Part shown: positions 1 to 13,255 of the stretch, one piece after another
Position numbering within the stretch: position 1 is the first letter of the stretch
Layout: each line of letters starts with the position of its first letter
Source: Ochotona princeps
Taxonomy: Eukaryota
Assembly (NCBI RefSeq): GCF_030435755.1
Contig: NC_080843.1
Location: forward strand, 68,670,485 to 68,734,484
DNA: 64,000 nucleotides
Direction: 5' to 3'
Program-made: the position numbers and the translations under genes
The notes under the pieces: generated by a model
Databases searched by the model: none
Told to the model about the DNA's origin: nothing
What the model saw: only the letters and a program-made list of their open reading frames with translations

Positions 1-615
1 GTTTTCATGTAACTCATAGAATCGCTGTCAAAAGAGCGTTAAAAATACTAGGGCTCGTTAAGGTTTCATTCTTTTCATTTTTAAAGGTTTTCTAATTTAT
101 TTGAAAGTTGAGTTACCTGGTAGGGGTAGAGTCTGGTCTTGCATTTGCTGGCTCACTCCCTGTATGACTTCAGTAGCTGGAGCTTCAGTGGAGTTGGTAT
201 GGCTGGTTCTGATTACCTGTGTGGGTTCAGGGTCCAGGCACTCTAGCCATCCTCAGCTGCTTTCTCGGGAGCTGGATCACAAGTGGAGCCTCCAGGGCTT
301 GTACCTGTTCCCATTTGGAATGCTGGCATTGAAGGCGGCAAATTTACTCACTGCACCACAGCGCCAGCCCCCACTCTTGAAACTCTTAGAGATGATTGTG
401 AAGGTAGGAGTTTTATGAACTCCAGCAGAGTTTTATAGGCCAGTTCAACCACTTGCCATATTTAAGCCCTTGCAAAAGTTACTTAATATCTTTTCACCTA
501 GGTTTTTCACCTTATCAGAGGCAACCTGGCATGGTTGGTGGTGCTGCAGGTTAATTCTCTGCCCTGTGGTGCTGTCGTCCCATTTGTTTGCTGGTTCACG
601 TCCTTGCTGCTTCAC

Positions 616-950
616 TTTTTTTTTTTTAAAGATTTATTCATTTTATTACAGCCATATATACACAGAGGAGGAGAGACAGAGAGGAAGATCTTCCGTCCGA
701 TGTTTCACTCCCCAAGTGAGCCGCAACGGGCCGGTATGCGCCGATCCGAAGCCGGGAACCAGGAACCTCTTCCGGGTCTCCCACGTGGGTGCAGGGTCCC
801 AATGCATTGGGCCGTCCTCGACTGCTTTCCCAGGCCACAAGCAGGGAGCTGGATGGGAAGTGGAGCTGCCGGGATTAGAACCGGCGCCCATATGGGATCC
901 CGGGGCTTTCAAGGCGAGGACTTTAGCCACTAGGCCACGCCGCCGGGCCC
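616..950 (-). mobile_element. CSINE (rabbit C-repeat) SINE, near full length
   Basis: T-run at 616-627 is the antisense A tail; body matches the SINE consensus seen at more than 50 other sites; ends ...ccacgccgccgggccc; flanked by a 13-bp TSD ctgcttcactttt (606-618 and 951-963). Confidence 0.85.
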
Positions 951-959
951 CTGCTTCAC

Positions 960-1140
960 TTTTGATACAGCTCCCTGTTTATGCCTGGTACGGCAGCGGA
1001 GGAAGGCCTAAGTCCTTGCCACCCTGCACGTATATGGGAGATCCAGAAGCTCCTGGCTCCCAGCTTTGGATCAGCTTTAGGCTTTGCAGCAATTTTAGAA
1101 ATGAAGTAGCAGATGGAAGACCTCCTGTGTCTGTGTTCCA
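960..1140 (+). mobile_element. CSINE fragment, 5'-truncated and diverged
   Basis: Contains ...ccagctccctgtttatgcctgg...gcctaagtccttgccaccctgcacgtatatgggagatccagaagctcctggctcc..., homologous to the 3' half of the SINE. Confidence 0.5.
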
Positions 1141-1155
1141 AAAAATGTGCCTTTT

Positions 1156-1480
1156 GGCCCGGCGTGGTAGCCTAGTGGCTAAAATCCCAACCTTGCATAT
1201 GCCAGGATCTTGTATGGGAGCTGATTCATGTTTTGGCCTCCCTGCTTCCCATCCAGCTCTCTGCTTGTGGCCTGGGAAAGCAGTCGAGGAGGCCTTGGGA
1301 CCCTGCACCTGCATGAGAGACCCGGAAGAGGTTCCTTGGCTGGGCTCCTGGCTTCAGATTGGCTCAGCTCCAGCCCTTGGGGCCACTTGGATTGTGAACC
1401 AGTGGACAGAAGATCTTCCTCTCTGTCTCTCTTCCTCTCTGTATATCTTACTTTCTAATAAAAATAAATAAATCTTAAAC
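1156..1480 (+). mobile_element. CSINE SINE
   Basis: Head ggcccggcgtggtagcctagtggctaaaatc...; tail ...ctttctaataaaaataaataaatcttaaac. Confidence 0.8.
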
Positions 1481-2957
1481 AAATGAAAATAAATTTAAAA
1501 ATATGGTAGTTAGCAGGAGCAGTCTGATAGTGTTGTATCAATTTTTTGAAATGAGTTTTCATTGTAGTTGATATTTGGTTTTTAGATTTTAAACTGTTAT
1601 TTGAAAAGCAGATTTACAGAAGAGAGGCAATGATATCCTCCATCTGCTGGGGCGGTGGGTACAGTGGTCCCAAGTGCTTGGCTCGTCTGCTGCTGCTTCC
1701 CCGGGGACTTTAGCAGGGAGTCGCATCCGAAGCAGAGCAGCTGCTCCGCAGGCAAGGCCAACTGAGTACACCCTGGCCTAGCCCCTGTAATTTAGTTTGT
1801 TCCTTTGGAGCCTTCTCAGATGTTGATTACAAATAAGCTGTTATAACTTAAATCACTACTCTGAAATTTTGTGAACAAATGAGCGAAAGCTTGTATGTAC
1901 CAGTTAAAATTTAAGAAACATTAGAATGAAGTTTATATTTTATGTTTGCTTTTTGTGGTGAGCTTCACATTACTATTTATTCATTTGGATGCTGCATTAC
2001 TAAGTGATAATGAGAAATAATACTCTCATTTCTGTTTACACATCCCCTTACATGTCATCTCTGCTTCTTTTACATAACTACAACTCAGTACATTACTAGG
2101 AAAATAAAAACTTACTGTGCTTCTTCTTAAATGATAACTCGTAAGAAATAATTACCTGTTTTCAAACTACTGTTGTTATTTAAGAATAAACTAGTATGAA
2201 ATACTGATTTCATACAATGGTAAATTCAACAATACAGTGAGTGTATATATTGTTAGGAGAAAATGCTATTACTTATAACATGAATTACAACTTTAATGTT
2301 ATAATAATCTGAGACATCAGATTCTTGCATCTAAAGAAACTCTAGAACTCAAACTAGTATTATAAAGTATCAAAAGAGTAAAATTCTTCCTTTCCTTAGA
2401 CCTAGAACAATGTTACATTAATAAGCATTCCAGGAAGCTGTATTAATGTTGAAAATGGTTTTAATAAATAATAAAATTTTTAGCTTTGTAGTAAACTAAA
2501 TATGTTGTTCTAGAAAATGGTACTCAATGTTGAAATTATTAAAAAATGATAAAAAAGTTTATGTCTTACTGAGTGATATGCTTGTAGTTAGGGATGTTTG
2601 AGCTCATGTAGAAAATTGATATCTCAACAATGAGTCTATAATAACCTACCCTGTTTCAGTGGCTAGACATTGTGTGTCTGACCTCCATAATGAAAGTAAA
2701 TCCAAAACTAAAAATTTTGGTTCACTAAAAAATTCAAGATCATAAAATCTGTATTTTACTTTATGGTGTCGAAATGTAACTTTTTTTTTTATTGAAGTGT
2801 GTATTATGAATGATAACCTATAGTATTTCTGATTGTAAAAAGTATTTTTGCCTTGAGTTTCAGGTTGAAAAGAAATTGCAGGTTGAATTAGTTCACTGAG
2901 TAGTAAGTTAATTACCTCATCAAATACCTCATCAAGTGGTTTTAGAATGTAAGGGGG

Positions 2958-2993
2958 ATTTTTTTGCTTTTTTTTTTTTTTTTTTTTTTTTTT
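2958..2993. repeat. poly(T) homopolymer, about 36 nt
   Basis: Uninterrupted T run visible in the sequence. Confidence 0.9.
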
Positions 2994-3156
2994 GCAAATC
3001 AGTGATAGTATTTGTTAATAAGCTGAGTTTTACAAAGAGAGAAATTTAGTTTAAAGAAAGAATAGCTTTTCCAGCATGTACCTAGATTTGACTTGATTAG
3101 ATTTCAGTTAGCCCTGAACTGGCATTGTGGCTTCTACCGCCTGTGGTGCCGCCTTC

Positions 3157-3495
3157 TTTTTTTTTTTTTTTTTTAAGATTTTTTATTATTGGAAAGCCGG
3201 ATATACAGAGAGGAGGAGAGACAGAGAGGAAGATCTTCCATCCGATGATTCACTCCCCAAGTGAGCCGCAACAGCTGGTGCTGCGCCGATCTGATGCCGG
3301 AAACCAGGAACCTCCTCCAGGTCTCCCACATGGGTGCAGGATCCCAAAGCTTTGGGCCATCCTCAACTGCTTTCCCAGGCCACAAGCAGGGAGTTGGATG
3401 GGAAGTGGAGCTGCCAGGATATGAACCGGCGCCCATATGGGATCCCGGGGCTTTCAAGGCGAGGACTTTAGCCGCTAGGCCACGCCGCCGGGCCC
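3157..3495 (-). mobile_element. CSINE SINE
   Basis: T18 antisense tail at 3157-3174; body ...aagattttttattattggaaagccggatatacagagaggaggagagacagag...; ends ccacgccgccgggccc. Confidence 0.85.
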
Positions 3496-3630
3496 GGCTT
3501 TGGGTTTGCTTCATATTTTGTAAATAATTTGATGGCATATTTCTTCTTGATGAAGTTTTGTTGTGTTATAGCTTCTTCTATTATAGTATATATTCCTCAG
3601 TGACTACTTTTGGCTATCTTTTTTATTTAG

Positions 3631-3952
3631 TTTTTTTTTTAATTGCAAAGTCAGATATACAGAGAGGAGGAAAGACAGAGAGAGGAAGATCTTCCGTCCT
3701 ATGATTCACTCCCCAAGTGGCTGCAGTGGCCGGTGCTACTCCAATCCGAAGCCTGGAGTCAGGAACTTCTTTGCTGGTCTCCCATGTGGGTTCATGGTCC
3801 CAACGCCTTGGGCTGTCCTTGACTGCTTTCCCAGGCCACAGGCAGGGAGCTGGATGGAAGTGGAGCAGCCGGGATTAGAACCGACGCCCATAGAGGATCC
3901 TGGGCGCATTCAAGGCAAGAACCTTAATCATTATGCTATTGTGCCGGGCCCC
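3631..3952 (-). mobile_element. CSINE SINE, moderately diverged
   Basis: T10 tail then aattgcaaagtcagatatacagagaggagg...; ends ...attgtgccgggcccc. Confidence 0.75.
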
Positions 3953-6460
3953 TTTATTTAGTTTTGATGATATTTTATGTAGTTGATTAGGGAGGGAAGG
4001 ATTGAAAGTTGGCAGAAGGGGAAAGACAAGGGGAGAAACCACATCCAGCCTCCCAGTTGCCTCAGCTTCCAGGAATGGAATTCTCACCTGATTCCCAGGT
4101 TCCCAGATGTGGAGCATGTTCCAGGGTTCTGTTGAAGTGATTTTGACAGTTCTGAAATAATGTCAGTCTCGTTGGTCCAAGGATGAGGAAATCCTTCCAC
4201 TGGCTGACATAGTGCACCCGAAAGTCTCCATTTGCCCAGAAGTTTGCTGTAAAGCTTTGCTGGGGTAGTTGAGCAATTTGTTCTGCCCTCCTTCTCTGCT
4301 ATTGTACTAGATGTCCTCCACAGGCTCCAACGGACTGCCAAGTCCTCCATGTGCATTTGGGTATGCTGTCCATTGCACCACTGAGGAGGTCTGGTTCAGA
4401 CATGCACTCCACTGTCAGGTCACAGATTGTGCCACTCTCCCTGTGGTTGGAGTTCTGAGTCAAGTGGTTCAGTTGGTGGATCCTCAGAGAAACCTCATCT
4501 GAGGTGATCCCAGACCTGACTCTTGTGTCCAGCATAGTCTGGCCTTCCAATTGGCCTCGTATGAGAGGGTGAACGTTGCAGCCCAGCCCACCCCACACTC
4601 TGTTCAGGATGCACATTCGGGTGCAGCTGCCTTGACCAGTCCAGACTGTTGTGGGTTACCTTTACCTGTGAGTGATGGCAGGCTCCTTGGTCACACCTAG
4701 TTTAGTCTAACCAGTGAGGCTAGTATTTCCACAGGCTTTGAACCACACATCCCCCACAGAATCTACCCCTGGGTATGGTTCTCTCTGTACTACTTCATTT
4801 CATGGCCCTGCCTAAAATGACCTGTCTGCTGATCCATCATCATGTCAGGTAATAGGATATGGTCCTGCTAGACAAGCCCCGTGCCTTAGCTTTTGCATGG
4901 ACTGGTGTTTGGTGATTACAAGTACTACACAGTATTTAAAGGAGTTTGGTGTATAAGTCTTATCCATAAAGATCATCTGGTCCCTCTCCCTCCAACCTAC
5001 TAGGTCTCATTACCCTCGTTAAGCTTTAAAGGAAAAGTTACTCTGTCGTTGGGATTCTTTAGGATTGATTGACATCCCAGAAGTACAGTGGCTTGACATG
5101 GAGATACCTAAGCAGCAATTCAGAGCCCAAAACCCCACAGCAGGCCGCCGGGCAGCCAGTAGGCAGAGCCTGGCGCTGAGTGGCGCACTGGCCGCCCAGG
5201 GACAGGTCATCGCGTGGACGCAGTCACTGGAGTTGGGGCTCCGAGCAGAGATGATCCCGGCCTGGCACCCGCCAGCAGCTGAGTTTAGAACTTTTGTAAA
5301 ACCCATATATGCAGAGTTCTTTAAAATTCACTGAAAGCATGTTTTGAATAAAGTATGCGTGTTTTTCAAATGTTTTTGCACTTAAATAAACTTAGATTCT
5401 AATTGCATTTTCATTGAACTCTTTTTATATCCTTACACATTTCCATCATACTTGCTTTTCTATATTCTGGATTTCCACTTGTCAGTACTTTCACAAGTAC
5501 TTTATATTAGTAAATGAAATTTTACTTAATTTTGGATTTTGTTAAGATTGCTTTTTAAAAAGTTTAACAAAATTGCTTTATTAGGTTTAAACTGCTAGTT
5601 ATCTCAGAATGCCTTTGACAGTTTAACACACGGCAAAACAGTCATACCAAAGTGGTAATTACAGTTCGTTCTCTTTGAGTGTTTTGACTTATAGATTTTA
5701 CTCAAATTAATCTTTTGTACTAGTAAGTGAAGTGTTTCTTAAAAAGTAGTTTCTGTTTTGAAATATCCAATGTTTGTATTGTTTGCATAACTTTTTAGTT
5801 TCAGTTAAGTTCACGAGTACCTTCTGGAACTGGCCATCTGTGTAACACTCTTTGTTGAGATTTTCAAGGACAGCAGTTTCTTATTTAAAAACAATATTTT
5901 TTTGAGCATCAATAATGGTTTGCATAGTGAAAAATTCTCATGGCCCTTGTGGAGTAATGCTTGAGTGACTGAAATAAAATTCAAAATTACTTATTATAGT
6001 GATATTTGCATATAATTTTAATTTTAGCATGGTGATCTAAAGCTCTTTGTGTTGAATGTGTAAATACATTGTATATAAATATGGTAACAGTCATTTCCTT
6101 TCAAAGACTTCAGTGACCCTGGAGGACAAAGTAACTCAAGTGATGGTAACACTTAGATACTCCTTTGCTGGATGTGTGGGCATGTGTCTATGAACTGTGG
6201 AATGAAAACGTTAAACTGAATCTTTGGAAGATTTTGTGTAATTTGACTTACTGATTATCCTTTTCAGTGAACAGAGGAACTTGTAGTGCTTAAACTTGAG
6301 AGTTCAAAGTTACTTTTCAGTGTTTTGGAGTAAATGGTATTGGAAATTTGCAAATCAAGTAAGGTTGTTTGCCAATTCATTCTTTTCTTTTTGATTTTAG
6401 ATGGGCAGTGTAAAATCATAAGATCGATAGGTTGATTGTGACAACTATGTTTACTTACAG

Positions 6461-6518
6461 AGAGAACAGGAAATGAGAATGGGTGATATGGGTCCCCGTG
6501 GAGCAATAAACATGGGAG
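6461..6518 (+). CDS. PSPC1: PSPC1 coding exon, third from last; encodes REQEMRMGDMGPRGAINMG
   Basis: Acceptor ttacttacag|AGAGAACAG; donor GGAG|gtaggg; the exon ends in phase 1 and the split codon completes as GAT (Asp) at the start of exon 9492-9661; peptide matches the paraspeckle protein 1 C-terminal region as remembered. Confidence 0.8.
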
Positions 6519-9491
6519 GTAGGGATATGATAAAAAAGGCTTCTGTAACTTCTTTGTAATTCTTTGGGGAATTGTATATGCTGTTTGTGTTGTCTCTTCA
6601 TGTCAGAAGGAGCTAGAATAACACTTGGAAAGATAAAATCTCTTTTATTTATTACATTAGGCTACAGTGTAATCAGATTAAGATTAAATGGCTAGGATGG
6701 AAATTTTGAAGCCTGACAGTGGTTTGGATTTTAACTTAGGCAATCTGCAGAGCAGATGTGGATGTGGCCTGAGCTAGTGTATTCATTGCATACCACTCTG
6801 CTGTATGGTAAAAAATAAATGTGGTCATCCATTTGGCTTTTCAGAGTCTAGAGGGTCCTCCAAATTCATTTTTCTGCCTTGAAAATTTGGATAGTTTCTT
6901 GTGTTTTAAAATTTCTGTTTTGCACTGTTCCTTTTGTGTACCTTGAAGCTAGCTATTCTTTGGTACCTACTAGAGAATTCACAGAAATGTATAATTTGGA
7001 GACTTATGTATGTCATTTGCTCTTGAGTAAGATGTGTCTTGCTAACACATTTAGAGTTGATGCAAAGTTCTTTTAAGATAGTACCTATGAAAACAAGTTT
7101 AATATCCGTTGGCTAGTATAGCTAAGGTGTCAGGAAACAAAATTAAGAAAAAAAGTGGAGTATCCTAGGCTTCATTAGATTTCGAACATCAGACTTTGAA
7201 TAATGAATTACATTTTTATTAAATTGTCCTGTTGAACCTGACATGAAGTTATATAGCTCAAATATGCATCATGTATTGTAGATTACCTTAGCACCAAACA
7301 GGACCAACATGGACATCCCTCCAGTAAACTCTTAGAATATGTAGTTTATGAAATGAAATACGTAATGAGAAGAAACGTTTTTCTTGATCCCCTAAAAAAA
7401 ACTGATGATAGATTTTGGCATTATTAGTCAGATAATCTAGGGTATTGCTGTTTACTTAGAGTATGAACATTTCTATTATATAAAGGTAATACGAAACATG
7501 ACTATTGTCCACAAAGAAACTTAGTTTTGAGATTTGTACCTGTTTGAAGCACATAATGAAAGGAGTATATAGTTCTAAGTTATGAACAGTAGTTGAGTGT
7601 GTAACAGTGATGGTGGCGCAGCATTTATGTCTATTTCCGTAGAAGTTCTGAGAAAATAGTTGGCCTATGTGATTTTAAGGATTGTAAGAGTTTATTGAAA
7701 GGTCATTATAATTATTAGCTTGTTAATAGCTCCATAATTTTGGATTGTACAGAAACCCCGTGTTATTTCCTTGAATAGTAAACAGAAGAAATATGAGGTC
7801 TTAAATTTCTTATTTTGTTAGGAATTCAATAGAAACAAATTTTTATATTTTATACATTAGGAAATCACATTTACATTTTAGCACTTTGCTCTGCAGTTCA
7901 TTTCATTTAGTCTTCCTGCAGTCTTGAGTCAATATGAAATTTCATTGACTGTGAGAATATCATAGTGATTTACTGGAGCTAATTTCCACTACCAGTTAAG
8001 TTCCTGCTAGGCAGGTGAAGCTGTCATATCACAAAATAATGATGGAATATGGCAGCATATATACTGGCATGTCAACAACATGTGCAGGCACTGTGAAACA
8101 TAGATCATATGTCTTGATTTTTAGGTAACCACATAATGTTCACATCTCTGAGACCTTAACTTTAGTGTATTTATACTGAATATAAAGCCTGTGTTGGAAA
8201 TATGACTTTTATTTTGTTTCACTATCCACCTTCATTATAGTCATAATTCACAAAGTGTAACAGTTGTGGCCTATTAAAGAGGGGTGTGGGGATTTATCCT
8301 GAACATACTCCATTTGTGTAACGTTGAGAGTAGATGCTTCTTAGTACCACCTTCTCCATTCTTTATTCCTAGACTATTCAAGGTATTGAAAATCCCTGTA
8401 TTGGAGGAACAGGAATTACCTTGGGTAAACTGTAGATTTTTTAATAGGAAGAATTTTATAAGAAGTTAATTCTTTACTAAGAACATTTTAGTTTCTAGGA
8501 AGGATTGTGGTCAAAGAGCACTTCCATATTTCAAAACAGTTCATGGAAAATGAAGTTAAGAGATAAAAGAGAAGTTTTTACAAAAGAATTTTAAATACCT
8601 GTATGTTTTTTCATTTCCCATGAATGTTTTGTAGAACCCGCTCTCTTTTCTGATATGCCCTGAGTTCCTATATCTGGCTGTTCCTTGGCCACATAGAGGT
8701 CAGCTGTGTGAAGCGCAGTGCAGTAGGCCTGAATGTATGAGCCTAAATGAGCCTCACCTCCTTTTTTATTGTATATTTGAGAGGTTAAATATCAGAGAAT
8801 TGACCTACTTAATACAGTAGAGGGAAGTTCCTAGATTAGAGCTGTCTTTGTTAAGAAGTTTTAGCAATAAACAAGTACATGTACTCATAGGAAAGTAATT
8901 TTATATATATTACCTACATTACATTTTATATTTCAGACCATCATGTCTGTATAATAATTTTGGAAGGTTGCATTAAGTATGAAATTTATACTTTAAAATT
9001 GATAAAAATTTATAATTTTGGAAGGTTGTAGTACAAGAAAGTTAGTTACTATGATTTTCATGCATTTGTACAAAGTAGTCTCCCCTCTCCCAGCTTAATT
9101 TAATTTACATTCTATTTTTACGCAGAACTTGAACATTAAAGTGGTTTTCAATGTGCTAGTTCTTTGTTGGTTAAACTGGTGAAATTTAGTCATCATTGTT
9201 AAGCATTGCTTTAAAGGCAGACTGTCACAAATGATGGTGATGTTTTATAGCTTTCAGTCTTAAATGGCATAAAATAAATGATACTTGCCTTAAGTATATT
9301 TGTTTTGTGCATGAAAATGTGAGAGTGTACATACTGATGTGTTGCAGAATAAATAATTGAGTGTCCCGTTAACAAATAAGGAAAATGACTTTGATAGTAG
9401 TTTTATTATATAGAATGTGTAAGTATTGCTAAAATTTTGATGTTTACCAAATTAAGATAGGACAGCTCTAAGTATAGATTGTTTTACATAG

Positions 9492-9661
9492 ATGCGTTTA
9501 GCCCAGCACCTGCTGGTAACCAAGGTCCTCCTCCAATGATGGGTATGAATATGAACAACAGAGGAACGATACCTGGCCCCCCGATGGGTCCTGGTCCTGC
9601 CATGGGACCAGAAGGAGCTACAAATATGGGAACTCCAATGATGCCAGATAATGGAGCAGTG
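9492..9661 (+). CDS. PSPC1: PSPC1 coding exon, penultimate; (D)[56 protein letters not shown]
   Basis: Acceptor tttacatag|ATGCG; donor GCAGTG|gtaatg; 2+168 nt is in frame with the flanking exons; the Gly/Pro/Met-rich low-complexity tail is typical of the DBHS-family protein PSPC1. Confidence 0.85.
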
Positions 9662-11490
9662 GTAATGTATCATGCACATTATTTTAATTATATTGAATAA
9701 TATACATTTGTACTCCAAAGATAACTTCACACTTCATTTAGTAAGCTTTTTTCCTTTTGACAGTAGATATCAGCATCCAGTCAATAAAAAATAATTTTCT
9801 GAGATTATGTGTTGGCTTGTGAGACATTTTTTAAGTAGTTTAATAGTATTACCTTCCATGACCTATGTTTGTACCTGAGTTATAGGAAATACATGTGTAT
9901 TAGTTATTTTCAATAATACTAACTTGTAAACAACTTTTATTAGCATTCAGTGTGATACTTTCTATATGTATTCTACTTGTGTAAAAATTGATTTTCAGTG
10001 AGCAATTTTAATAAAAACATAATTTGCCACGATTTTATTTCAAATAATTTTACCTGTAATTTGCAAAGTTTAATGAATATTCTAAACTTTAAACATTGCT
10101 TTCTTTCTTAGCATTATGAATTCCATTTCTTAGTAGATTTAAGGTAGAAAGGTTGTCCTGACCTGGGAGTGTGAAGGTATCTTTGTGTGAGTTAAATATT
10201 TGAAAAAGGCTTTTCAGTGATGGTTTTTATTATACTTGAGTATCAGCAGTTTACTGTCTTTAATCATTTAAAGTCCACCCTATTTACATGAAGCCTGGAT
10301 ATTGGTACAACATTTTTTCGTTTGACTTGTTAATTATCTTAAGACATCAGAAAGGAAAATAATGTGTATTTTGAAAAGGTTTTATTTGGGACTTTCATCA
10401 CATCTTAAGACATTGAGATGTTCACAGTCAGACTGTGACATAACTGGTGAATGCATTTTTTTGCATCTTCAAATTGGTAATGTCAAATGCAATCTAACAA
10501 GAATTTGGAAAAATTTGACTTAGTAGTAGTTGGCTTTTTTTTCTTTTAATATTGTACAGAGACAAGAGGCACTGCATAAAAATTATCATGAACAGGTGAC
10601 GCATCATGCACTTAACAGTGTATTTATTTTCTAAAATAAAGGCTTTATTTTTATAGTGAAATGTTTGAAATTTTCGAGAAACAAACTACTTTGGCTCGCT
10701 TTTTTCCACTATATCATTGTCAGTATTAACAGAAGTATCATTAAGTGTCCCAGTTTTCCATCTTTCCCTCAAGCTTGTAAACTAGTTGAATATTACCCTT
10801 GTCCTTTTTTCCGTAACAGTTTACTAGTAAGCGAGTTCTTTGTGCCACCCTTCTCAGCAGTTGTTGTTACGGTGCATCCCTTGGGATTAATGTGTGTGGT
10901 TTTTGTCAGATTTTTGAGATATGCATGATTCAGATGCTTAATTGTTCTATTTATGTTACTACTTTGAAATGTCAGTTTTCTCAGACTAATATTGCTGTGA
11001 AAACACTTCTTATTTCTGTTGGAAGTATCATTCTTTGTATGTTTGTAGTAGTTAGCGCTTCCTGCTTTAAGAACATTGATTTTTAGCAGATTTTTAGAAT
11101 GATAACTTTTTAAAACAGTGTGATGCTACTTCCGAGTTTGAGTTGAAAAACATGCTTCCTTGCACAGTTTCATGCACTATAAACATTTGGTCACTGGTGG
11201 AGTACTGATTAGGCTTAAGTGGCACTGGGTAATGTCCTAAAGTCAGTTCTGGTTTCATGAAATTGGGGCATAGCTTTAGTGATATCTAAGTCTTCAGATG
11301 CTGCCTTTTTTTTTTTAAAAACATAGTTACTAATTAAATTGCTCCTTTCTTCCTTCTATGTGTGATCCTGATTCTGCTGGACTTTCTGCTGAACTTGATG
11401 ACACCACCACTTGGGATTTTGCCAATTGTTCTTGTCACTTGTATTTGGCGTGTTCCAAATGGACTTCATATTTATTTTGTGGTATTATAG

Positions 11491-11676
11491 CACAATGATA
11501 GATTCCCCCAAGGGCCACCATCTCAGATGGGTTCACCTATGGGGAGTAGAACAGGCTCTGAAACTCCTCAGGCACCACTCAGTGGTGTAGGTCCTGTGAG
11601 TGGTGGTCCCGGTGGCTTTGGTAGAGGAAGTCAAGGGGCCAACTTTGAAGGCCCCAATAAGCGTCGTAGATACTAA
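11491..11676 (+). CDS. PSPC1: PSPC1 last coding exon, coding part; [61 protein letters not shown]
   Basis: Acceptor ggtattatag|CACAAT; phase 0; stop TAA at 11674-11676; the C-terminal ...[12 protein letters not shown] distinguishes PSPC1 from NONO (...AEFAPNKRRRY) and SFPQ. Confidence 0.85.
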   Translation, partial: HNDRFPQGPPSQMGSPMGSRTGSETPQAPLSGVGPVSGGPGGFGRGSQGANFEGPNKRRRY

Positions 11677-12335
11677 GCATTCTCTCGTCCCTGGCTGTAT
11701 TGGAAAAGCAATCCAGTGGTATACCTTTACACCTTTACCTGTTACCTGGAAGAAATGGTTTTATTGTAAAAGTTAGTAGGCTTAACATTTTTGTTTTGTT
11801 TTGTAAAACTTGAGGTTTTTGTACTTTTCTTTATTCATATGCTTTGTAGAAAAATGGAAATGATGATGCGCATCATTGTGAATGTTCAAAATGTGTTTGT
11901 GACTCTAACAAAATGCAAATATGCCATAGTACTGTGAAATCTATGTAGTTACTCTTAATAAAGAAATCATTTTGCATAATTAAAAATGTTATTAGTGGTG
12001 TTCTTATGGTTTTAATAAACTTTGCTGTGTAACCGTAATATTTTAGTTGCTCTAATCTTAGCCATTTCAAAAGTGAAAATGATTCTGCCTTTTTAGTTTG
12101 TTTGAGTAACCCTAAACGTTGAAACTTAATAGAAGCTATTGTCAATAATGGGTACATACAGTAGTATATTGGGGGTGGCTGGTGGGCAGTGGGGTTAAAT
12201 TTGTGTAAACCATTGATGTTCTGTGAAATCAGATTTCGCTGCCTACATTTCATGTAGTTTCTGAATAGTTAATATACTCTTGAGACTTATACTAAGGATA
12301 TCTTTGTTCTGTTCTGATTTTTCCAAATAAATCTT
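11677..12335 (+). other. PSPC1: PSPC1 3'UTR, extent uncertain; candidate poly(A) signals AATAAA at about 11957, 12014 and 12326
   Basis: Follows the stop codon; SINE-free unique sequence with AATAAA hexamers; the true cleavage site cannot be determined from sequence alone. Confidence 0.4.
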
Positions 12336-12679
12336 TTGAATCTTGAACAAGTCTGAAGGCAAATCTCTTGCTTGTAAAATACTATCTAGTTATAGTCTTA
12401 CCAGCTATCAATTATCACTGTCCAGGTAGTGTTTTCTTCAAAATCAAACAATAATGTGTTAACATTACTTGTTCTTGAGAGTTTGCAATTTGGTTTATGG
12501 TAGATAAAACATTTCTTGAGGTGGTTGGTTGGTTGAATTAAAGACTTGACCGACACTCTGGTGTTGTATGAGTTCCTGCATAATTTATTAAGTCTGCCTA
12601 GTTAAAGCTTGACTGGTGTGCTTGGACTGTTTGCCACCCGGGAGTAAAGGTAAAGTGGTCATTTTAATTTTATTCTTTG

Positions 12680-12905
12680 CAGGATTTATTTATTTCAGTT
12701 AGAAGGGAAGAGGGTTTCCATCCTCTTGTGTACTCCCCACGTGGCTGCAATAGCTAGGGCTAGACCAGGCCAAAACGAGGAATAAGGACGTGTTTCCATC
12801 TCTGCCTTGCCGACAAGGGCATTAGCAGGGAGCTGCATCAGGAGTGAGACAGCCAGGGTTGGAGCCACTTGTGTGAGATGCTGGCATTGCAGGAGGTGGT
12901 CTTAA
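12680..12905 (-). mobile_element. CSINE-related SINE, old and diverged
   Basis: ggatttatttatttcagttagaagggaagag...ctccccacgtggctgcaatagctagggc...gcagggagctgcatcagg... Confidence 0.55.
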
Positions 12906-12944
12906 ATGGCTGTATGATGTCTGCTTCTAAAAGTGGTGATTTTT

Positions 12945-13255
12945 TAAAAAGATTTATTTATTTTTATTGGAAATGAAGAATTGCAGAGAAAAGGATAGAT
13001 AGGTCTTATACCTCCTGGTTCTCACTCCCTAAGTGGCTGCATCACCCAGAGCTAAATGGATCCAGACCCAGGAGCTTCCTCTGGATCTCCTATCAGGCTG
13101 CAGGATCCCAAGGCGTCAGGCCATCTTCCATTGCTTTTCCAGGCCACAAACAGGGAGCTAGATGGGAAGTGGAGTAGCTAGGACATGAACTGGTCTACAT
13201 ATGGGGTCCTGGAACTTGAAGGGGGAGAATTTGCCAATTGAGTCATTGCGTCCCA
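12945..13255 (-). mobile_element. CSINE-related SINE, diverged; tandem with the copy at 12680-12905
   Basis: aaagatttatttatttttattggaaatgaagaattgcagag...ccaggccacaaacagggagctagatgggaagtggag... Confidence 0.6.

Noticed and set aside
470-1471. 333-aa ORF, the longest + strand ORF in the window
   Set aside because: It spans three CSINE copies (616-950, 960-1140, 1156-1480). Its peptide is the SINE consensus read in frame, not a gene.
3960-5340. Possible LINE/ERV-derived segment, with ORFs 4084-4356(-), 4299-4616(-) and 5065-5334(+)
   Set aside because: The peptides do not resemble L1 ORF2, gag, pol or env as far as I can judge by eye. There is no terminal repeat or tail structure. It is left unclassified rather than called.
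9452-9730. 92-aa minus ORF overlapping the PSPC1 penultimate exon
   Set aside because: It is antisense to a well-supported exon. Its His/Cys/Trp-rich composition is the reverse-complement artefact of the Pro/Gly/Met-rich coding strand.
11873-12253. 126-aa minus ORF in the PSPC1 3'UTR
   Set aside because: It is AT-rich UTR sequence antisense to PSPC1 with no splice or start context. The ORF length is within chance expectation for AT-rich DNA.
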